This document shows positions 31,286 to 32,000 of a DNA stretch of 32,000 nt, in pieces. The DNA is taken from NCBI RefSeq assembly GCF_002101595.1, contig NZ_LQOM01000014.1, positions 137,539 through 169,538 on the forward strand, given 5' to 3'. This stretch comes from Mycobacterium celatum. GTDB lineage: Bacteria; Actinomycetota; Actinomycetes; Mycobacteriales; Mycobacteriaceae. The position numbers and the translations under genes were made by a program. Below the pieces are notes generated by a model, which was not told where the DNA came from, made no database searches, and saw only the letters and a program-made list of their open reading frames with translations. Within the stretch, counting starts at the first letter, position 1. Each line of letters starts with the position of its first letter.

Positions 31286-32000
31286 GATACCGGGCGTCGG
31301 CGACGTCCTGACTCCACAACAATGCCGGCAAACGGCGGAATCGATTGTCGCGGTGCAGGAACCGTCAGGTGCGATCCCGTGGTCGGAGGGCGGGCACACC
31401 GATCCGTGGGACCATGTCGAATGTGCGATGGCGCTGACCGCGGCCGGCCTGATCGAGCCGGCCCGTCGCGCGTTCGAGTGGTGCCGGCGCGAACAGCGCG
31501 CCGACGGCTCCTGGCCGATCCAACTGCGGGCCGGCGTGGTCGAGGACGCCAACAGCGACAGCAACTTCTGCGCCTACATCGCCGTCGGGGTCTGGCACCA
31601 TGTGCTGGTCACAGGCGACGGCGACTTCGCCACCGCGATGTGGCCGACGGTGCGTGCCGCGATCGAGTTCGTCCTGGACCTGCAGCTGCCCGGTGGTGAA
31701 ATCTGTTGGGCGCGGGGCTTGTCCGGCCCCCTGCCCGAGGCGCTGCTGACCGGCTGTGCGAGCATCTTTCACAGTCTTCGGTGCGCAGTGGCGTTGGCCA
31801 ACTACCTCGACGAGCCGCAACCGGAGTGGGAAATGGCGCTGGGCCGGCTGGGCCATGCCATTTCCGCCCACCCGTCGGCGTTCACCGAAAAGCCGCACCA
31901 TTCGATGGACTGGTACTACCCGATTCTCGGTGGCGCGCTGCGCGGTCCGGCAGCGAATGCCCGGATCGCCGAGCGGTGGGGTGACTTCGTGGTCGACGGG
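31272..32000 (+). CDS. Prenyltransferase / squalene-oxidase-repeat (terpene-cyclase-fold) protein, 5' part; continues beyond the right edge
   Basis: Not in the ORF track because there is no stop in the window. The frame reads (L)NWSEIPGVGDVLTPQQCRQTAESIVAVQEPSGAIPWSEGGHTDPWDHVECAMALTAAG...RADGSWPIQL...QLPGGEICWARG...MDWYYPILGG. The start is uncertain: TTG 31272 overlaps the methyltransferase gene by 14 nt. Confidence 0.7.
   Translation, partial: MNWSEIPGVGDVLTPQQCRQTAESIVAVQEPSGAIPWSEGGHTDPWDHVECAMALTAAGLIEPARRAFEWCRREQRADGSWPIQLRAGVVEDANSDSNFCAYIAVGVWHHVLVTGDGDFATAMWPTVRAAIEFVLDLQLPGGEICWARGLSGPLPEALLTGCASIFHSLRCAVALANYLDEPQPEWEMALGRLGHAISAHPSAFTEKPHHSMDWYYPILGGALRGPAANARIAERWGDFVVDG

Noticed and set aside
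1-32000. Scan for CRISPR arrays, rRNA genes, intact IS elements or prophage structural genes
   Set aside because: No regularly spaced direct repeats, no rRNA-like conserved stretches and no full-length transposase or integrase were seen. Only the fragments listed above were found.

Overview
This is a GC-rich actinobacterial chromosome segment that reads like a Mycobacterium. It contains a clear pncA orthologue and a neighbouring NTF2-like gene plus sugar ABC transporter, an arrangement that, from memory, resembles M. tuberculosis Rv2038c-Rv2043c. All family calls come from reading motifs in the supplied translations; no search or computation was run. The window falls into three parts. (1) 1-9121 is housekeeping or metabolic: a partial FAD oxidoreductase, TenA, a GT1 glycosyltransferase, LacI, an aldehyde dehydrogenase, a lipoprotein, a small ANTAR protein, an alpha/beta-fold protein, and a large secreted DUF2961/GH172-like protein. 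(2) About 9122-17340 is an accessory, decayed patchwork. It holds three apparently intact toxin-antitoxin pairs (mazEF, phd-type vapBC, RHH-type vapBC), two decayed toxin genes (a 5'-truncated mazF and a doubly frameshifted DUF5615 toxin next to an intact DUF433 gene), and IS256-transposase and tyrosine-recombinase fragments. It also holds gene stubs (a lipoprotein signal peptide, a TetR C-terminus, a PaaK-like N-terminus), a CBM2-only secreted protein, an unusual peroxiredoxin-DUF742 fusion ORF, and a small secreted Cys-repeat protein. (3) 17548-32000 is again core-like: an alpha/beta hydrolase, a thioesterase-like gene, a TetR / carotenoid-cleavage oxygenase / SDR operon, the four-gene sugar ABC transporter, an ECF41-like sigma factor divergent from a DoxX gene with a matching promoter motif, an NTF2-like protein, pncA, and a translationally coupled GT4 / methyltransferase / terpene-cyclase-fold operon that runs off the right edge. 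I found no rRNA, tRNA or CRISPR array. Many long ORFs in the track are alternative-frame or antisense artefacts of GC-rich DNA and were rejected. The items most worth a second look are the BCP-DUF742 fusion, the 63-bp coding repeat in the small secreted protein, the ECF41-type promoter/DoxX pair sitting inside the pncA-ABC locus, and the mutually exclusive hairpins upstream of the ANTAR gene.
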